The notes: a model not told the origin generated them from the letters alone. DNA of 63,804 bases, filler included, from Octopus bimaculoides (GCF_001194135.2; 5 parts of 5 records of this genome joined end to end with filler, not necessarily neighbours in it), one strand, 5' to 3'; shown: positions 37,781-52,134, counted from the whole stretch's first letter. Translations and numbers: made by a program.

Positions 37781-38222
37781 AAGGCGGCGAGCTGGCAGAA
37801 ACGCTAGCACGCCGGGCGAAATGCTTAGCGGTATTTCGTCTGTCTTTACGTTCTGAGTTCAAATTCCGCCCAGGTCGACTTTGCCTTTCATCCTTTCGGA
37901 GTAGATAAATTAAGTACCAGTTACGCACTGGAGTCGATGTAAACGACTTAATCCCTTGTCTGTTTTTGTTTGTCCCCTCTGTGTGTAGCCCCTCGTGGGC
38001 AGCAGAGAAATAAGAAACGTTAGTACGCCAGGCCAAATGCTTAGGAGTATTTTATCTGTTATTACCTTCTGAATTCAAATTCCGCCGAGGTCGACTTTGC
38101 TTTCCACACTTTCGGAGTCAATAAATTAAATACCAGTTGCGTACTGGAGTCGACCTAATCGACTGGCCCCCTCCCTCAAAATTTCGGGCCTTGTGCCTAG
38201 AGTAGAAAGGATATTCATCATT
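37781..38222 (+). mobile_element. SINE-A dimer: tail-1 monomer fused to a 5'-truncated tail-2 monomer
   Basis: Junction AGAGAAATAAG/AAACGTTAGTACGCC near 38014. Confidence 0.85.
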
Positions 38223-39150
38223 TAGTTTTAATGCTCGTGTAACAATATCTCCTTATGTGTATGATTATAGAACTTCAAAGTATTGTAACTACACGATTTT
38301 CCTGTGTTGTGGCCTGTTATCCATTACATCGACAGATATGAGCACCGTGACATATTCTAACGCATCATTTCAGAATGTTATTTCCTCTTAAATGTTGTAT
38401 GATAAAGAAGTTGCTCTGGTATAGTTTAGCCTTGTATGAGCAGACTTGCTATGAAAAGATTTCTAAACACGAGCATATCATTTTATATAGCCTATAACCG
38501 TATCATTCAATGTGTACCTGCACTTTTAAGATGAGCTGCGTGATTTCAGAGACACTGAACCGTAGAGACGCTTGATTCCTATTTTGTTTTCGACACAGAA
38601 AACGTACAGACTCATGATATAAACGGCAGAAGCTGTGAAAACTATACAAGTTGTCAAATTCTCACGTAGATATATTTTGGAGAGGACATGTGAGTTGTCA
38701 GATTGAATCGTTACATGCAGTTTCATAAGCGTTGCTTTATTGTAATGCATTATGGAAATTACCAATGTTATATATGAGAATTGTGGAATATTGTTTTGAA
38801 TAGCGCAGAAAACAAAAATTCTGAAACCAAATTGAGATCACATTAGCTGTAGAAAGAGTTGGAACGTTTCGCCAAGTGTGAGATATCTATAAGATGAAAT
38901 AAGTCATTATAAGTTTCTTTATAGTAAGTTAGATTTCAGTTTTAAAGACTATAAATCACCCAACCAGGCACACCAAAAAGGATATATGTACGTATATATG
39001 TATATAAACATAAACATGTATAATACATATATACATGTATTTCTAAATTATGTCTATTGTCTATCATATGCATATATAGACATATCTATAATATATTTAT
39101 CTATGCATCTGCCCATATATATTTACATACATGCATATATAAATGTATAC

Positions 39151-39223
<73 letters not shown>

Positions 39224-39225
39224 GA

Positions 39226-39256
<31 letters not shown>

Positions 39257-39643
39257 CTATGCATATATATGTACATGTATATATGGTGGTGCACGTGACC
39301 GAAGGTGCATGGCTGAAACGAATTAAAGAATATCTATGTGTGTCTGAGTGAGTGTGTGTGTATGTGTGTGTACGTGTGTGTGTGTGTGTGTGTGCGCATG
39401 TATGGGCTCGTGTGGGCAGTTAGGGATGCAGAGAAACGTGATTAAGCTAGATACCTATAAATATACATACATGCATATACATTTGTAGATATATAAAAAG
39501 GAACATACATATATAAAGAGAAATAAAAACTGAAAAAAAATATTCAGAAAATACACTCATATGTAACAGTATATAGATATTTATATATTATTGACAAATA
39601 AATTTACATGAAGCATAAAAAATGCAGAACATAAAAAATACAT

Positions 39644-40050
39644 AGGGGTAGGAGTGGCTGTGTGGTAAGTAGCTTGCTTACCAACCACATGGTTCTGGAT
39701 TCAGTCCCACTGCATGGCACCTTAGGCAAGTGTCTTCTACTATAGCCTCGGGCCGACCAAATCTTGTGAGTGGATTTGGTAGACGGAAACTGAAAGAAGC
39801 CCGTCGTATATATGTAGATATATGTATGTACGCGTGTATGTTTTTGTGTCTGTGTTTGTCCCCTCAACATCACTTGATAACCGATGCTGATATGTTTAGG
39901 TCCCCGTAACTTAGTGGTTCGGCAAAAGGGTCGATAGAATATGTACTACGCTTGCAAAGAATAAGTCCTGGGGTCGATTTGCTCGACCAAAGGCGGTGCT
40001 CCAGCATGACCACAGTCATTTGATTGAAACAAGTAAAAGAGTAAAAGAGA
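39644..40050 (+). mobile_element. Full-length SINE family B
   Basis: GGAGTGGCTGTGTGGTAAG A-box-like head, GGATTCAGTCCC B-box-like, CACCTTAGGCAAGTGTCTT CORE-like block, internal microsatellite, (GTAAAAGA)n tail. Confidence 0.92.
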
Positions 40051-40679
40051 ATACAGAACACAGCTATTTGCGTTTGGGGTTAGCACGTATGTCATATGCG
40101 CCGACATGGATAACAATGAAAACATATAAGCAGTATAGAAGGAAATGGAAATATTTAGACATGGTAAACATTCATTCATTTGCTTTATAATAAAACAGCG
40201 TATCCTCTTCTACTTCTGCGAAATGTAGAAAGGAAGGGTACAAAAGGTTGTCAAAGACGTTTGAAGACAAAGGACATGAAAAATGGTCTAGAAACAAGAG
40301 CCTGGCTGATTGTATGCTCGCAGAAGGAACAGGGGGGGGGGGCGTCAATGCCTACATAGTGAAAGGGAACTCGTTTCGTGGCTGATAAGGATGCTACCAC
40401 TATGTATATGAGTGGTTCTATGTTAAAATTTATGATTGATGTCGGGGCATGTAAATTCAGAAGTCACAAATCTGATAATGGATTCTCCCTCTACAGCGAT
40501 AACAAGTTTTATGTCTTGAATTTTATAAACACACTATCCAACAATAAAGAACTGACCTCAATATGAATTCCACCAGTTGAAGGACTTACGGACTGACTGC
40601 CTTTGTGTCTCAAATCTGGTCACTGAACTGGAAATAATCGGGGCCACACGACATCAACACCAACAGCAACTACGATACT

Positions 40680-41200
40680 GTGAGGCAAGTAATAGCAGTA
40701 GTAGTAGTAGTAGCAGAAGCAGTAGTAGTTATGTTGGGGGACATGGTGGTGGAGATGAAGGTGGTGGTGATGGTGATGGTGGTGGTGGTGGTGGTGGTGA
40801 TGGTAGTAGTAGTATGTCAAACGCCTTTGTAGAAGTATACAACAGTAGCGTTGACTAATCTGGCAAGGAAAAAAAGAAACAAAAACGATTTCTGTGATGC
40901 GAAAAAGATGATAATATTCACAATGATGGTGATGACAACAACAACGATGACGATGACGATGATGGTGATGGTGATGACGAAGCTGTTGATAATGGTCTTG
41001 GTGGCGATGGTAATGATGTTGTTGGTGATGATGATGATGAGGAGGGGGGAGGAGGAGGAGGAAGAGGTGGAGTAGTAGTAGGAGGAGGAGGAGGAGGAGG
41101 TGTACTGCACTGATCTTCGTGATGTCGAATACTGCAACGACGTCGTCGACAACTATGGTGATGTTGAAGTGGGGGGAGTAACCGAGCGTGGAGTAGGAAC
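40680..41200. repeat. Degenerate (GTA/GGT/GAT/GGA)n low-complexity region
   Basis: Source of the poly-H/S/M ORFs. Confidence 0.85.
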
Positions 41201-41661
41201 GAGTTGTCGTTCTTGTCATTGTTCTTTCGCCCCAGGGCGAAGCAAATTTGGTTGAGTAGGCATATGATCAAAGAAATTGAATTCGTGACAATTTCTTCTC
41301 TTCTGGAGAAATCTAAGATCGCATTATCTAATTACTCCTCCTTCTACCGCCCCACCACCACCATACATTCATATCGTTTTTTTTTTATTTTTTAAGACGC
41401 TGAGGTGTGAATTAGCCGAATATATCGATGACAGCAACAATAATGAATATAGTAATTGCTTTCAGCATAGGTACGAGGCGTGAAATTCTGGAAGAAAATT
41501 TAATCGATACTGTGGATTTACTTCTTTATTGGTACTTTTTTAAAAATCGACCCTATAACGAACAAATGCAAATGTTACCTAGGTAGGGTTTGAACTCAGA
41601 TCGCAAAGAATGCTTTTATAAATATCCTCCTTTTGGTTCCGATATACACGTTTAATTTCTT

Positions 41662-42184
41662 GTTCTCTTACTTGTTTCAGTCATTAGACTGCGGCCATGC
41701 TGGGGTATTACCTTCAAGGGATTTAGTCGAACAAATCAACGCAAGGATTTTATTTTCTTAAAATCTAGTTCTTATTATATCACTGTCTCTTGCCGAAACG
41801 CTAAGTTACGGCGACTTAAGCACAACAACATCGTTTGAGAAAAGGTGGCGCTGGACGAACAAATATTCACACACACACACATATGCTCGACGAGCTTCTT
41901 TCAGTTACCGCCTACAAACCCGCTCACAAGGCTTTGGTAGGGCCAAGGCCACAGTAGAATACACTTGCGCAAGTGCCACGCAGTGGGTCTGAACCCAGAA
42001 CATGCTAGTCAGAAAGCAAGCTTCTTATCACACAGCCACGCCTGTGCCCATGAACATTTGTTCATTTATTCATCTTCATCTACATAACATTTTGTTATTA
42101 TGCCCAAGGTGCCACGCTGTAGGACTGAACCCAGAACCATGTGGTTAGTAAGCAAGCTACTTACCACACAGTCACTCCTGCGCT
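41662..42184 (-). mobile_element. Full-length degenerate SINE-B (41662-42049) plus an extra SINE-B head (42098-42184)
   Basis: Matches the family-B head, body and tail. Confidence 0.8.
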
Positions 42185-42479
42185 GGTTTGATGACTTATT
42201 TTAAAGGGAGAGGATGCTTTAGAAGTCGCTGGATATTTTCACAGCAGCAATTGTTTTCGTAACTGAGAGAGCAAAAACCATATAAGAGACCCTTTATTTG
42301 GTAGTCGAGCTTGCTAGATATAACAGCCAAAACCTTCTCAAATCATAATTTACTGTCTAAAAATATATACTGAACAATAAAGTCTGCTTTAATCTATTTC
42401 TAAAACATTGTGGTGGTTATGGCCAGAATGTCTATGATTATAATTCTATTAAACGAGGGCAAGATTAAGGACGAAATTC

Positions 42480-43070
42480 AGCAAGAATAGAATAATAAAG
42501 AATATATATGATCGAATATAGAATGTAAATTAATGGGAGATTTTGCTGGTGCTGTTGAAAAGTAAAGTATTGCATTGACATCGTTTCTGCGTAGATAGAT
42601 AAAAAGACAGAATAGAATTAGAGGATTCACAGAGAAAACCGTGCCTATGTTATTGAACACCTTCAGAAAATATATGTGGTACACACCACAAAAATGATTT
42701 GTGATAATGAAAAAAATGACCATAAACTGAGAAATGGCAGTTCGTATATAAAAGAGAAATTTAGGAAAATCTCAGACGCTATTGTTAAAAGTCACAAGGG
42801 AAAATGTGTTTTAATCTGTAAATCAGGCTTAAAAGACTACAATATAGCAGTGGAAATAAGGGAAAAGCTATTCAAATATTAATCCCTCGCAACAGAAATA
42901 TCTACAATGTGAATTGAACACATATAACAATCATCATAATAATACCTACCTTGGGAATGATAAAAAAAGAGATACAATCAGATACATAATGAAAAAAAGC
43001 CATCATTCGCATGTATACATGACATACAGAAAATAGCACTGAAAGATATTGTGCATATATTATGTAGGGG
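42480..43070 (+). mobile_element. Heavily decayed R4/Dong-like endonuclease-domain fragment
   Basis: Remnants DYNIAVEIREKLFKY, TLGMIKK and IQKIALKDIVHILCR resemble the D.NI..KE.EK..KY, IGALG and IQK..L.GT.HIL motifs. Confidence 0.5.
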
Positions 43071-43324
43071 AATTTCAATAAAATAAAATACAGCAGAATA
43101 GAGGAACAAAACACTGCACATGTACGTAGAGAGATGCTACTATATTTATTAACGTCAATTCCGAGGAGGAATCATAGGGCACGTGACTATTTTCAGGACT
43201 TCCGTCGCTGGTATTCGGTTGTTATTTTTAAACCAGGAAAATTTGGTCTAAGTGCTAGCGCTAACGTTGAGTCTGCTAAAAAAAAAAACTAAGGGCTTGC
43301 TTATGATGGGATTCAACCAAACTC

Positions 43325-43980
43325 AGAATATTGCTTTCAAATTTTGGGACAAGGCCAGCAATTTTAGAGGAATGAGTCGGTCCATTATATGGAACCTTGT
43401 ACTCAACCGGTACTTATTATACCGATTCAGAGGGATAATAGGTAAAGTCGACCTAGGTGGAATTTAAAATCAGAACGTAAAGAGCCAGAAGTTCCGCTGA
43501 GTATTTGACCTGATGCACTAACGGTTCTTCCAGCTCGCCATCTTTGAATAGGGGAATTTGAACCCACAACGTGAAGACAGGCGAAATACCGCTAAGCATT
43601 TCACCGGGCGTGCTAACGATTCTTCCAGTTCGCGCCTTTTAACTGGTACTTATTTAATCGACCCCAAAATGATGAAATGTATTTGAACTCCGACGGTAAA
43701 GATAGACGAATCGTCGTAATGCCAGCTCACTGTATTAACCCAATTTTAATATGGTAATCAAAATTTGACACAAGGCCAGCAATATCGGGATAGTGAGTAA
43801 GTCGTAACTATCGACCTCAGTGCTCAAATGGCATTTATTTCATCGATTTCGAAAGGATGAAATGTAATGTCGAATTTGGCGGAATTTGAACTCAGAACTT
43901 AAATGCGGACGATATGCCGCAAAGCATATTTCTGCAGTGTGCTAACGGTTCTGTTTGTTCACTACTTTAACCAAATTTTA
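43325..43980 (-). mobile_element. Cluster of about four degenerate SINE-A copies and fragments
   Basis: Repeated GAATTTGAACTCAGAAC and CTAAGCATTT..GCTAACG blocks, all in the same orientation. Confidence 0.75.
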
Positions 43981-44571
43981 ATAATGATAATCATGAAAAT
44001 AATAACGATAAGGAAGAAATGAAAATAAAGAATAATCGCCGTATGTTAACTAAAAGGACCTTAGTTATAAGATTTTATCAGTGTTCCCATCAACGCCGGC
44101 CACTTCACTAACACAATCACGACTATTAACAACGACATCATTGACAACATTATCCAATGAAACGTATCGGTATTATCATCAATACGATCAAATTTTTTTC
44201 CTATCATACCCGATATATCCGGGTCCCTCACGAATTATGCATCCACCCTCTAGTCATAACTACCTAACAAACAAACATAACCACCGTTCTCCTAGTGGTG
44301 TATCTTACACTTTTCTACGTCGGTTCAGTGAACGACGTGCAAAGCATAAATAAATCATACGGTCACTCAACACAGAAAAACCGGTAGCAATTAAACTGCG
44401 TCATTTGGAAAAAAAAAAATATGGCGTGCAATAAATTTGTAAAATTTGCCTCTAATTTCTTTGACGCCGTTAGACACCAATGGTCACCACCCACGTAATC
44501 TATATGTACATATATTATGTAAATATATAGGCATTCAACATATTATACACACACACGCACGCACACACATA

Positions 44572-44632
<61 letters not shown>

Positions 44633-45185
44633 TTATATACAGACATATACATACACATATGTTTGTATAGGAATCCGTGTATATAATATGTGTATTATGT
44701 ATGCATATATATTTGTGTGCGTATGTGTGTTTGTATGTATATATAAATGTGTGTGTGTGTATATATGTAAGTATGCATGTATGTGTGTGTGTATATATGT
44801 AAGTATGCATGTATGTGTGTGTGGCNNNNNNNNNNTGTGTGTGTGTATATATGTAAGTATGCATGTATGTGTGTGTGGCGGGGGGGGGGGACTGTGTATG
44901 TGTATAAAGTGAATGATAAATACGAGAATGCACACTGTGTGCGCAGTCACAGTTACAGATACACATTTGCGTCCACATACAAAAACATTATGTAGAGAAA
45001 CATGGGGCCCATACATTCCACGTATATTTTTTCAGCGAAATTTCCACATGCCTTCACAGACTTACAAACAGTTACATACACAAACAGATACACACAAACG
45101 TGCATGCTTAAATTAATACATCTGTTTTTTGCTTGCACATCTGTCTTCGTCTTTTGTTTTTTGTAAATTATATATATATATATAT

Positions 45186-45246
45186 AAAAGGCGGTGCTCC
45201 AGCATGGCCGCAGTCAACTGACTGAAACAAGTAAAAGAGTAAAAGA

Positions 45247-45282
<36 letters not shown>

Positions 45283-46010
45283 TCTTTACTCTGTACTCTT
45301 TTGCTTGTTTCAGTCTTTTGACTGCGGCCATNNNNNNNNNNNNNNNNNNNNNNNNNNNNNNNNNNNNNNNNNNNNNNNNNNNNNNNNNNNNNNNNNNNNN
45401 NNNNNNNNNNNNNNNNNNNNNNNNNNNNNNNNNNNNNNNNNNNNNNNNNNNNNNNNNNNNNNNNNNNNNNNNNNNNNNNNNNNNNNNNNNNNNNNNNNNN
45501 NNNNNNNNNNNNNNNNNNNNNNNNNNNNNNNNNNNNNNNNNNNNNNNNNNNNNNNNNNNNNNNNNNNNNNNNNNNNNNNNNNNNNNNNNNNNNNNNNNNN
45601 NNNNNNNNNNNNNNNNNNNNNNNNNNNNNNNNNNNNNNNNNNNNNNNNNNNNNNNNNNNNNNNNNNNNNNNNNNNNNNNNNNNNNNNNNNNNNNNNNNNN
45701 NNNNTATTCTTTAGAAGCTTAGTACTTATTCTATCGGTCTCTTTTGCCGAACCGCTAAGTTACGGGGACATAAACACACCAGCATCGGTTGTCAAGCGAT
45801 GTTGGGGGGACAAACACAGACACAGAAACACATACACACATACATATATATATATACGTATATACGACGGGCTTCTTTCAGTTTCCGTCTACCAAATCCA
45901 CTCACAAGGCTTTGGTCGGCCCGAGGCTATAGTAGAAGACACTTACCCAAGGTGCCACGCAGTGAGACTGAACCCGGGACCATGTGGTTGGTAAGCAAGC
46001 TACTTACCAC
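45186..46010. mobile_element. Tail-to-tail SINE-B pair: plus-strand tail 45186-45248 and minus-strand copy 45280-46010
   Basis: Inverted CATGGCCGCAGTC..GACTGAAACAAG.AAAAGAGT blocks around (TA)n; a gap interrupts the minus copy. Confidence 0.85.
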
Positions 46011-46061
46011 ACATATATATATGTACATATATGTATTGATGCATGCACACATTCACTTATA

Positions 46062-46104
<43 letters not shown>

Positions 46105-46612
46105 TACGCATGTATGTGTACGGAACTAACGAATTAGCCTCCTCCCCTCGCACTACTTGTTAGAAATATTCCGCAAACCACACCACCAGCAGGGAAAAGA
46201 ACATCACGCCGGATAAAGTAAACCTGGACTTTCTATACACAGTAAAAAGATGGAATATAAATAATTTTTTCAAGCCACAATTAACCTTCTCTTGTAGGTT
46301 CCCAAGTAATGTGTACAATTGTCTTCTACTTCGGCCCAAGGGGGACTAATGTTTTGCGAGTGAATTTGTTTGGCGGAAAGGGTAGCCAGGCCACCCTTCG
46401 TATATTATTATCTTACGCTTCATGTCCTCTCTGTCTTTCTTCATAATTCTTCCTATTGAAATTTGATGACTCCCAGAATAAAATAAACTATGTTTTTGCT
46501 CTGCGCTTTGTATCTCTTTTTTGCCAAAATACATTTTCTTTCCGTTCCTTCATTCATACCCTTTCCATAATCATCCTCTGTTTGCATCTTCTCATTCAAT
46601 AACCACGTGCTT

Positions 46613-46785
46613 TAAGGCGGCGAACTGGCAGAAACGTTAGCACGCCGGCCGAAATGCTTAGCGGTTTGCCTGTCTTTACGATCTGAGTGCAAATTCCACC
46701 GTGGCCGACTTTGCCTTTCATCCTTTCGGTGTCAATTATATAAGTACCAGTTACACACTGGGGTCGATATAATCAACTTAATATT
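46613..46785 (+). mobile_element. SINE family A, 3'-truncated
   Basis: Head, B box and central block present. Confidence 0.85.
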
Positions 46786-47951
46786 TGTTTAATGTATATT
46801 CTGTTGGCGGAAGTGATAACGCCTTGTTCAGAAAAAATCAGTTAGCGGCAGAATTCTTTGAACCAACTCTCCGGATAATCGTTGTTATGCATGTATTGTA
46901 AATGCATTGTGTATGTATGTATGTATGTATGTATGTANNNNNNNNNNNNNNNNNNNNNNNNNNNNNNNNNNNNNNNNNNNNNNNNNNNNNNNNNNNNNNN
47001 NNNNNNNNNNNNNNNNNNNNNNNNNNNNNNNNNNNNNNNNNNNNNNNNNNNNNNNNNNNNNNNNNNNNNNNNNNNNNNNNNNNNNNNNNNNNNNNNNNNN
47101 NNNNNNNNNNNNNNNNNNNNNNNNNNNNNNNNNNNNNNNNNNNNNNNNNNNNNNNNNNNNNNNNNNNNNNNNNNNNNNNNNNNNNNNNNNNNNNNNNNNN
47201 NNNNNNNNNNNNNNNNNNNNNNNNNNNNNNNNNNNNNNNNNNNNNNNNNNNNNNNNNNNNNNNNNNNNNNNNNNNNNNNNNNNNNNNNNNNNNNNNNNNN
47301 NNNNNNNNNNNNNNNNNNNNNNNNNNNNNNNNNNNNNNNNNNNNNNNNNNNNNNNNNNNNNNNNNNNNNNNNNNNNNNNNNNNNNNNNNNNNNNNNNNNN
47401 NNNNNNNNNNNNNNNNNNNNNNNNNNNNNNNNNNNNNNNNNNNNNNNNNNNNNNNNNNNNNNNNNNNNNNNNNNNNNNNNNNNNNNNNNNNNNNATACAT
47501 ATATATATATTCATTGAATCAATACAGAATGTTCATTATTCCAAATTAAAACTAAATTAATGCTATCTATTATACATGACAATATATTACATGTAATATA
47601 TATTTGGAATTACGAATATTCATTTTAAAATACATATCACTTTTACCCTATGCATACACACATATATGTATGTATAAACAGGCTTAAATATATATGTATG
47701 TATTTATATAGGTGGGTGTAAGTATAGAGTGTATGTTGTATGTGATTTCTGCTTTTTTGTACACTCATCCATAAAAATGATTTTATAAGGAAAATGTGAC
47801 TGTGACTTCGAAGTCTTTACATCAAGAGACTTATTAGATTGAGTGGGTTAAGCCTAGACTGTAATTATACTATTCGAAAGTGATTTGATTGATTTCCTTA
47901 GGAAACCGTTGATGACAATGAGGGTTTTTCATTGGCATATTCTCAGATATG

Positions 47952-48249
47952 TAAGGCGGCGAGGTGGCAGAAAAGTTAGCACGCCGGGCGAAATGCGTAG
48001 CGGTATTTTGTCTGCCGTTACGTTCTGAGTTCAAATTCCGCCGAGGTTGACTTTACCTTTCATCCTTTCGGGGTCGATAAATTAAGCACCAGTTACGCAC
48101 TGGAGTCGATGTAATCGACTTAATCCCTTTGTATGTCCTTGTTTGTCCCCTCTATGTTTAGCTCCTTGTGGGCAATAAAGAAATAGGTATTTTCGTTTGC
48201 CGTTACGTTCTGAGTTCAAATTCCGCCGAAGTCGACTTTGCCGGGAAGT
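47952..48249 (+). mobile_element. SINE-A dimer (tail-1 monomer plus truncated second monomer)
   Basis: Junction GCAATAAAGAAATA/GGTATTTTCGTTTGCCGTTACG near 48185. Confidence 0.85.
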
Positions 48250-48461
48250 NNNNNNNNNNNNNNNNNNNNNNNNNNNNNNNNNNNNNNNNNNNNNNNNNNN
48301 NNNNNNNNNNNNNNNNNNNNNNNNNNNNNNNNNNNNNNNNNNNNNNNNNNNNNNNNNNNTATATATATATATATAAGCAATGTTTACGTACATATATAGC
48401 TATGTGTAATACACACACACTCACATACATTATGCATATATATGTATGTATATATGTGTGT

Positions 48462-48502
<41 letters not shown>

Positions 48503-48903
48503 TGCGTGTGTGTGTGTATGTATATATACATATACACACATATATACATACACCACATACATATATCGAGAATGTTTATGTATTATGTTCATATACGCGT
48601 GTATATGAGTGTATATGTTTCGTTATAAAAAGACAACGTGCAATAAAGTATTTTCTAGTCAGTACTAAGCGATCGCATGAATTTACGCATGTATGTATAT
48701 CCGATAGAATATATAACGTATGCATGTATACATGCGTGTATTTATTCTATATGCGTATATTGTGCATTATTGTGCATGTGTGTATGTGTGTGCATGTGTC
48801 GAATACTATCAATACGTTGCTCAACTGGTATTTGGCTTTATTTGCTTTGTATGTATAAATGATGATTCGATGCTTGTTTTCATGTGTGTCCATGTGAACA
48901 AAT

Positions 48904-48956
<53 letters not shown>

Positions 48957-49095
48957 NNNNNNNNNNNNNNNNNNNNNNNNNNNNNNNNNNNNNNNNNNNN
49001 NNNNNNNNNNNTGGTTAGCAATGTTTATGATAGGCCCAGCGCAAATGCCTTGTATCTCGGATTCATTTTCAGCTAATTGACATGAGAATCAGTTG

Positions 49096-49152
<57 letters not shown>

Positions 49153-49540
49153 GCACGCACACACACACACATACAGACACACGAGCAAACGGACACAAAT
49201 ACAGACACACGCTCACATACACGTACGCATAAATAGTCACACTCACACATTCGCTCGCAAAATTACACACGCGCACACACTCAAATACACACATACGCAC
49301 ATAATCACCCACACGAATACATACACTTACGCAAAAATGCTCACACACGTACATATACACGCGGTCACACACACCCACACACAGATGTATGAGCACAGAA
49401 ACACACACATTCACAAGCATTTAATCATAGACATATACACATACACAATTACACCTGGAATCACACGAACACACATACAAATATATTTAAAAACATCCAT
49501 ACATATTGTGCGCACAAAAATACCTATATAGAACTATAAA

Positions 49541-50362
49541 TATTCATTTGAAATGCAGAGACGCCTATAATAGGACATCTACTCGCTAGAAATAGCAGCA
49601 AAAATACTACATACCACAAAAGTTAGGGATAATTTCGAAAGGAAATGAAAAATAAAAACTTTTACCAATCTATATTCTGTACCATGGTTTCAAGTCAATT
49701 TTAGTAAGATAAAGATTATATCTTACAAGGTCGGACTATCGTCAGCAGAAATGACCAGACAACATATGAAGCACGAATATTAATAATGATAGAACTATAA
49801 ATATATATATATATATATACATATGCACACACACTCACGCATACACACACACACACGCACATGCGTACTCATACACTTAAAATACAAGCAGGAAACCTAT
49901 ACAAACACATACGCACGCATTATGCGAAGAGACACACGTACTAATCATGCGCACGCACAGAAACGCATAGGGACACATTATGCGCACACAGGAATATACG
50001 TCCTTAGAGAAATTTACAGAAACACACGCACGCGAAAGCACACAAGCACAAACAGACACACACGCATGTGCACACGTACACACAAACACATTCACACATT
50101 CAAACACATTCACACATACCTAAATACATAAGTAATCACATTTGCCTACATGCAAATATACACACACACACGACCTTGTAAGATATAATCTTTATCTTAC
50201 TAAAATTGACTTGAAACCATGGTACAGAATATAGATTGGTAAAAGTTTTTATTTTTCATTTCCTTTCGAAATTATCCCAAATGTTTGTGGTATGTAGTCT
50301 TTTGCTGCTATTTCTAGCGAGTAGATGTCCTATTATAGACATCTTTGCATTTTAAATGAATA
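49541..50362. repeat. Inverted repeat: ~190-bp arms (49541-49733 / 50171-50362) with a 437-bp spacer
   Basis: The inner ~110 bp are perfectly complementary by eye; the outer part has scattered substitutions and includes a SINE-C-like CTACTCGCTAGAAATAGCAGC. Confidence 0.9.
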
Positions 50363-50457
50363 ATACATAGTCTATTGACTGTTTTTTTACTCTCGCTAGA
50401 CCACTGGTGGTAAATAAAAATTTCTAAAATTTTTTTTTGCTACCCTATAATTTATTA

Positions 50458-50490
<33 letters not shown>

Positions 50491-51279
50491 NNNNNNNNNN
50501 NNNNNNNNNNNNNNNNNNNNNNNNNNNNNNNNNNNNNNNNNNNNNNNNNNNNNNNNNNNNNNNNNNNNNNNNNNNNNNNNNNNNNNNNNNNNNNNNNNNN
50601 NNNNNNNNNNNNNNNNNNNNNNNNNNNNNNNNNNNNNNNNNNNNNNNNNNNNNNNNNNNNNNNNNNNNNNNNNNNNNNNNNNNNNNNNNNNNNNNNNNNN
50701 NNNNNNNNNNNNNNNNNNNNNNNNNNNNNNNNNNNNNNNNNNNNNNNNNNNNNNNNNNNNNNNNNNNNNNNNNNNNNNNNNNNNNNNNNNNNNNNNNNNN
50801 NNNNNNNNNNNNNNNNNNNNNNNNNNNNNNNNNNNNNNNNNNNNNNNNNNNNNNNNNNNNNNNNNNNNNNNNNNNNNNNNNNNNNNNNNNNNNNNNNNNN
50901 NNNNNNNNNNNNNNNNNNNNNNNNNNNNNNNNNNNNNNNNNNNNNNNNNNNNNNNNNNNNNNNNNNNNNNNNNNNNNNNNNNNNNNNNNNNNNNNNNNNN
51001 NNNNNNNNNNNNNNNNNNNNNNNNNNNNNNNNNNNNNNNNNNNNNNNNNNNNNNNNNNNNNNNNNNNNNNNNNNNNNNNNNNNNNNNNNNNNNNNNNNNN
51101 NNNNNNNNNNNNNNNNNNNNNNNNNNNNNNNNNNNNNNNNNNNNNNNNNNNNNNNNNNNNNNNNNNNNNNNNNNNNNNNNNNNNNNNNNNNNNNNNNNNN
51201 NNNNNNNNNNNNNNNNNNNNNNNNNNNNNNNNNNNNNNNNNNNNNNNNNNNNNNNNNNNNNNNNNNNNNNNNNNNNNNA

Positions 51280-52091
51280 TATATATATATATATATACAA
51301 AGAGTGTTTTTTGCGTGCATACATATGCATAGATAGTCACTTATTTCCTCACGACATACATGCACAGAAATAGATGCACAGACACATATGCATGAACATA
51401 AGCATACACACACATACACACGAACGTGTGTATGTCTGTGTGTATATTTGCGCACAGATATCCAAAATATCCACACGCACACACTTACATATATATATAA
51501 ACTTATACATACGAACACACATACATGTTCACACACTGAAATACGCATATACAGTCTGATACACACAAACACACATATATACTCACAGATACCCATATAG
51601 TGATTCATGTATATATATACGCACGTACACACGCGTACAGATGATGCAGACGCACACACACACACACACACAAACAAACACCTACACACGTATATACGCA
51701 CATATACCCACGCACACTCAAACACATATATACTCACAGACAGATCCAAACGCATACCAACACCCTTACACACAAGAATACGTCCGCATGCACGCACATA
51801 TATACACACACACCCAGGCAAACACACACAAACACTTACACACATACATACATACAAACAGATCCATGCGCATACGAACCCACGCATACACACACCCTTA
51901 CACACAAGAATACGTCCGCACGCACGCACAAACAGGCAAACACACACAAAGGCAAGCACACACACATATACACGCACACATACATATATACATATGTATA
52001 CCCAGGCATATTCTCATTCTTAGACACACACTTACGTACACGCGACATACGCACAAGCGCGCACCTATGAACCCACAAAGACATGCACGCC

Positions 52092-52134
<43 letters not shown>

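Noticed and set aside
39644-39720. tRNA genes suggested by A/B boxes
   Set aside because: All continue into SINE bodies and lack a complete cloverleaf; they are SINE heads.
46280-46540. Possible Gypsy pol remnant (KKDREDMKRKII.YEGWP) on the minus strand
   Set aside because: One short motif only; not enough to call.
49528-49804. 16-bp direct repeat ATAGAACTATAAATAT as a TSD
   Set aside because: A similar sequence is present at the matching end of the inverted arm, so it may belong to the repeated unit; ambiguous.
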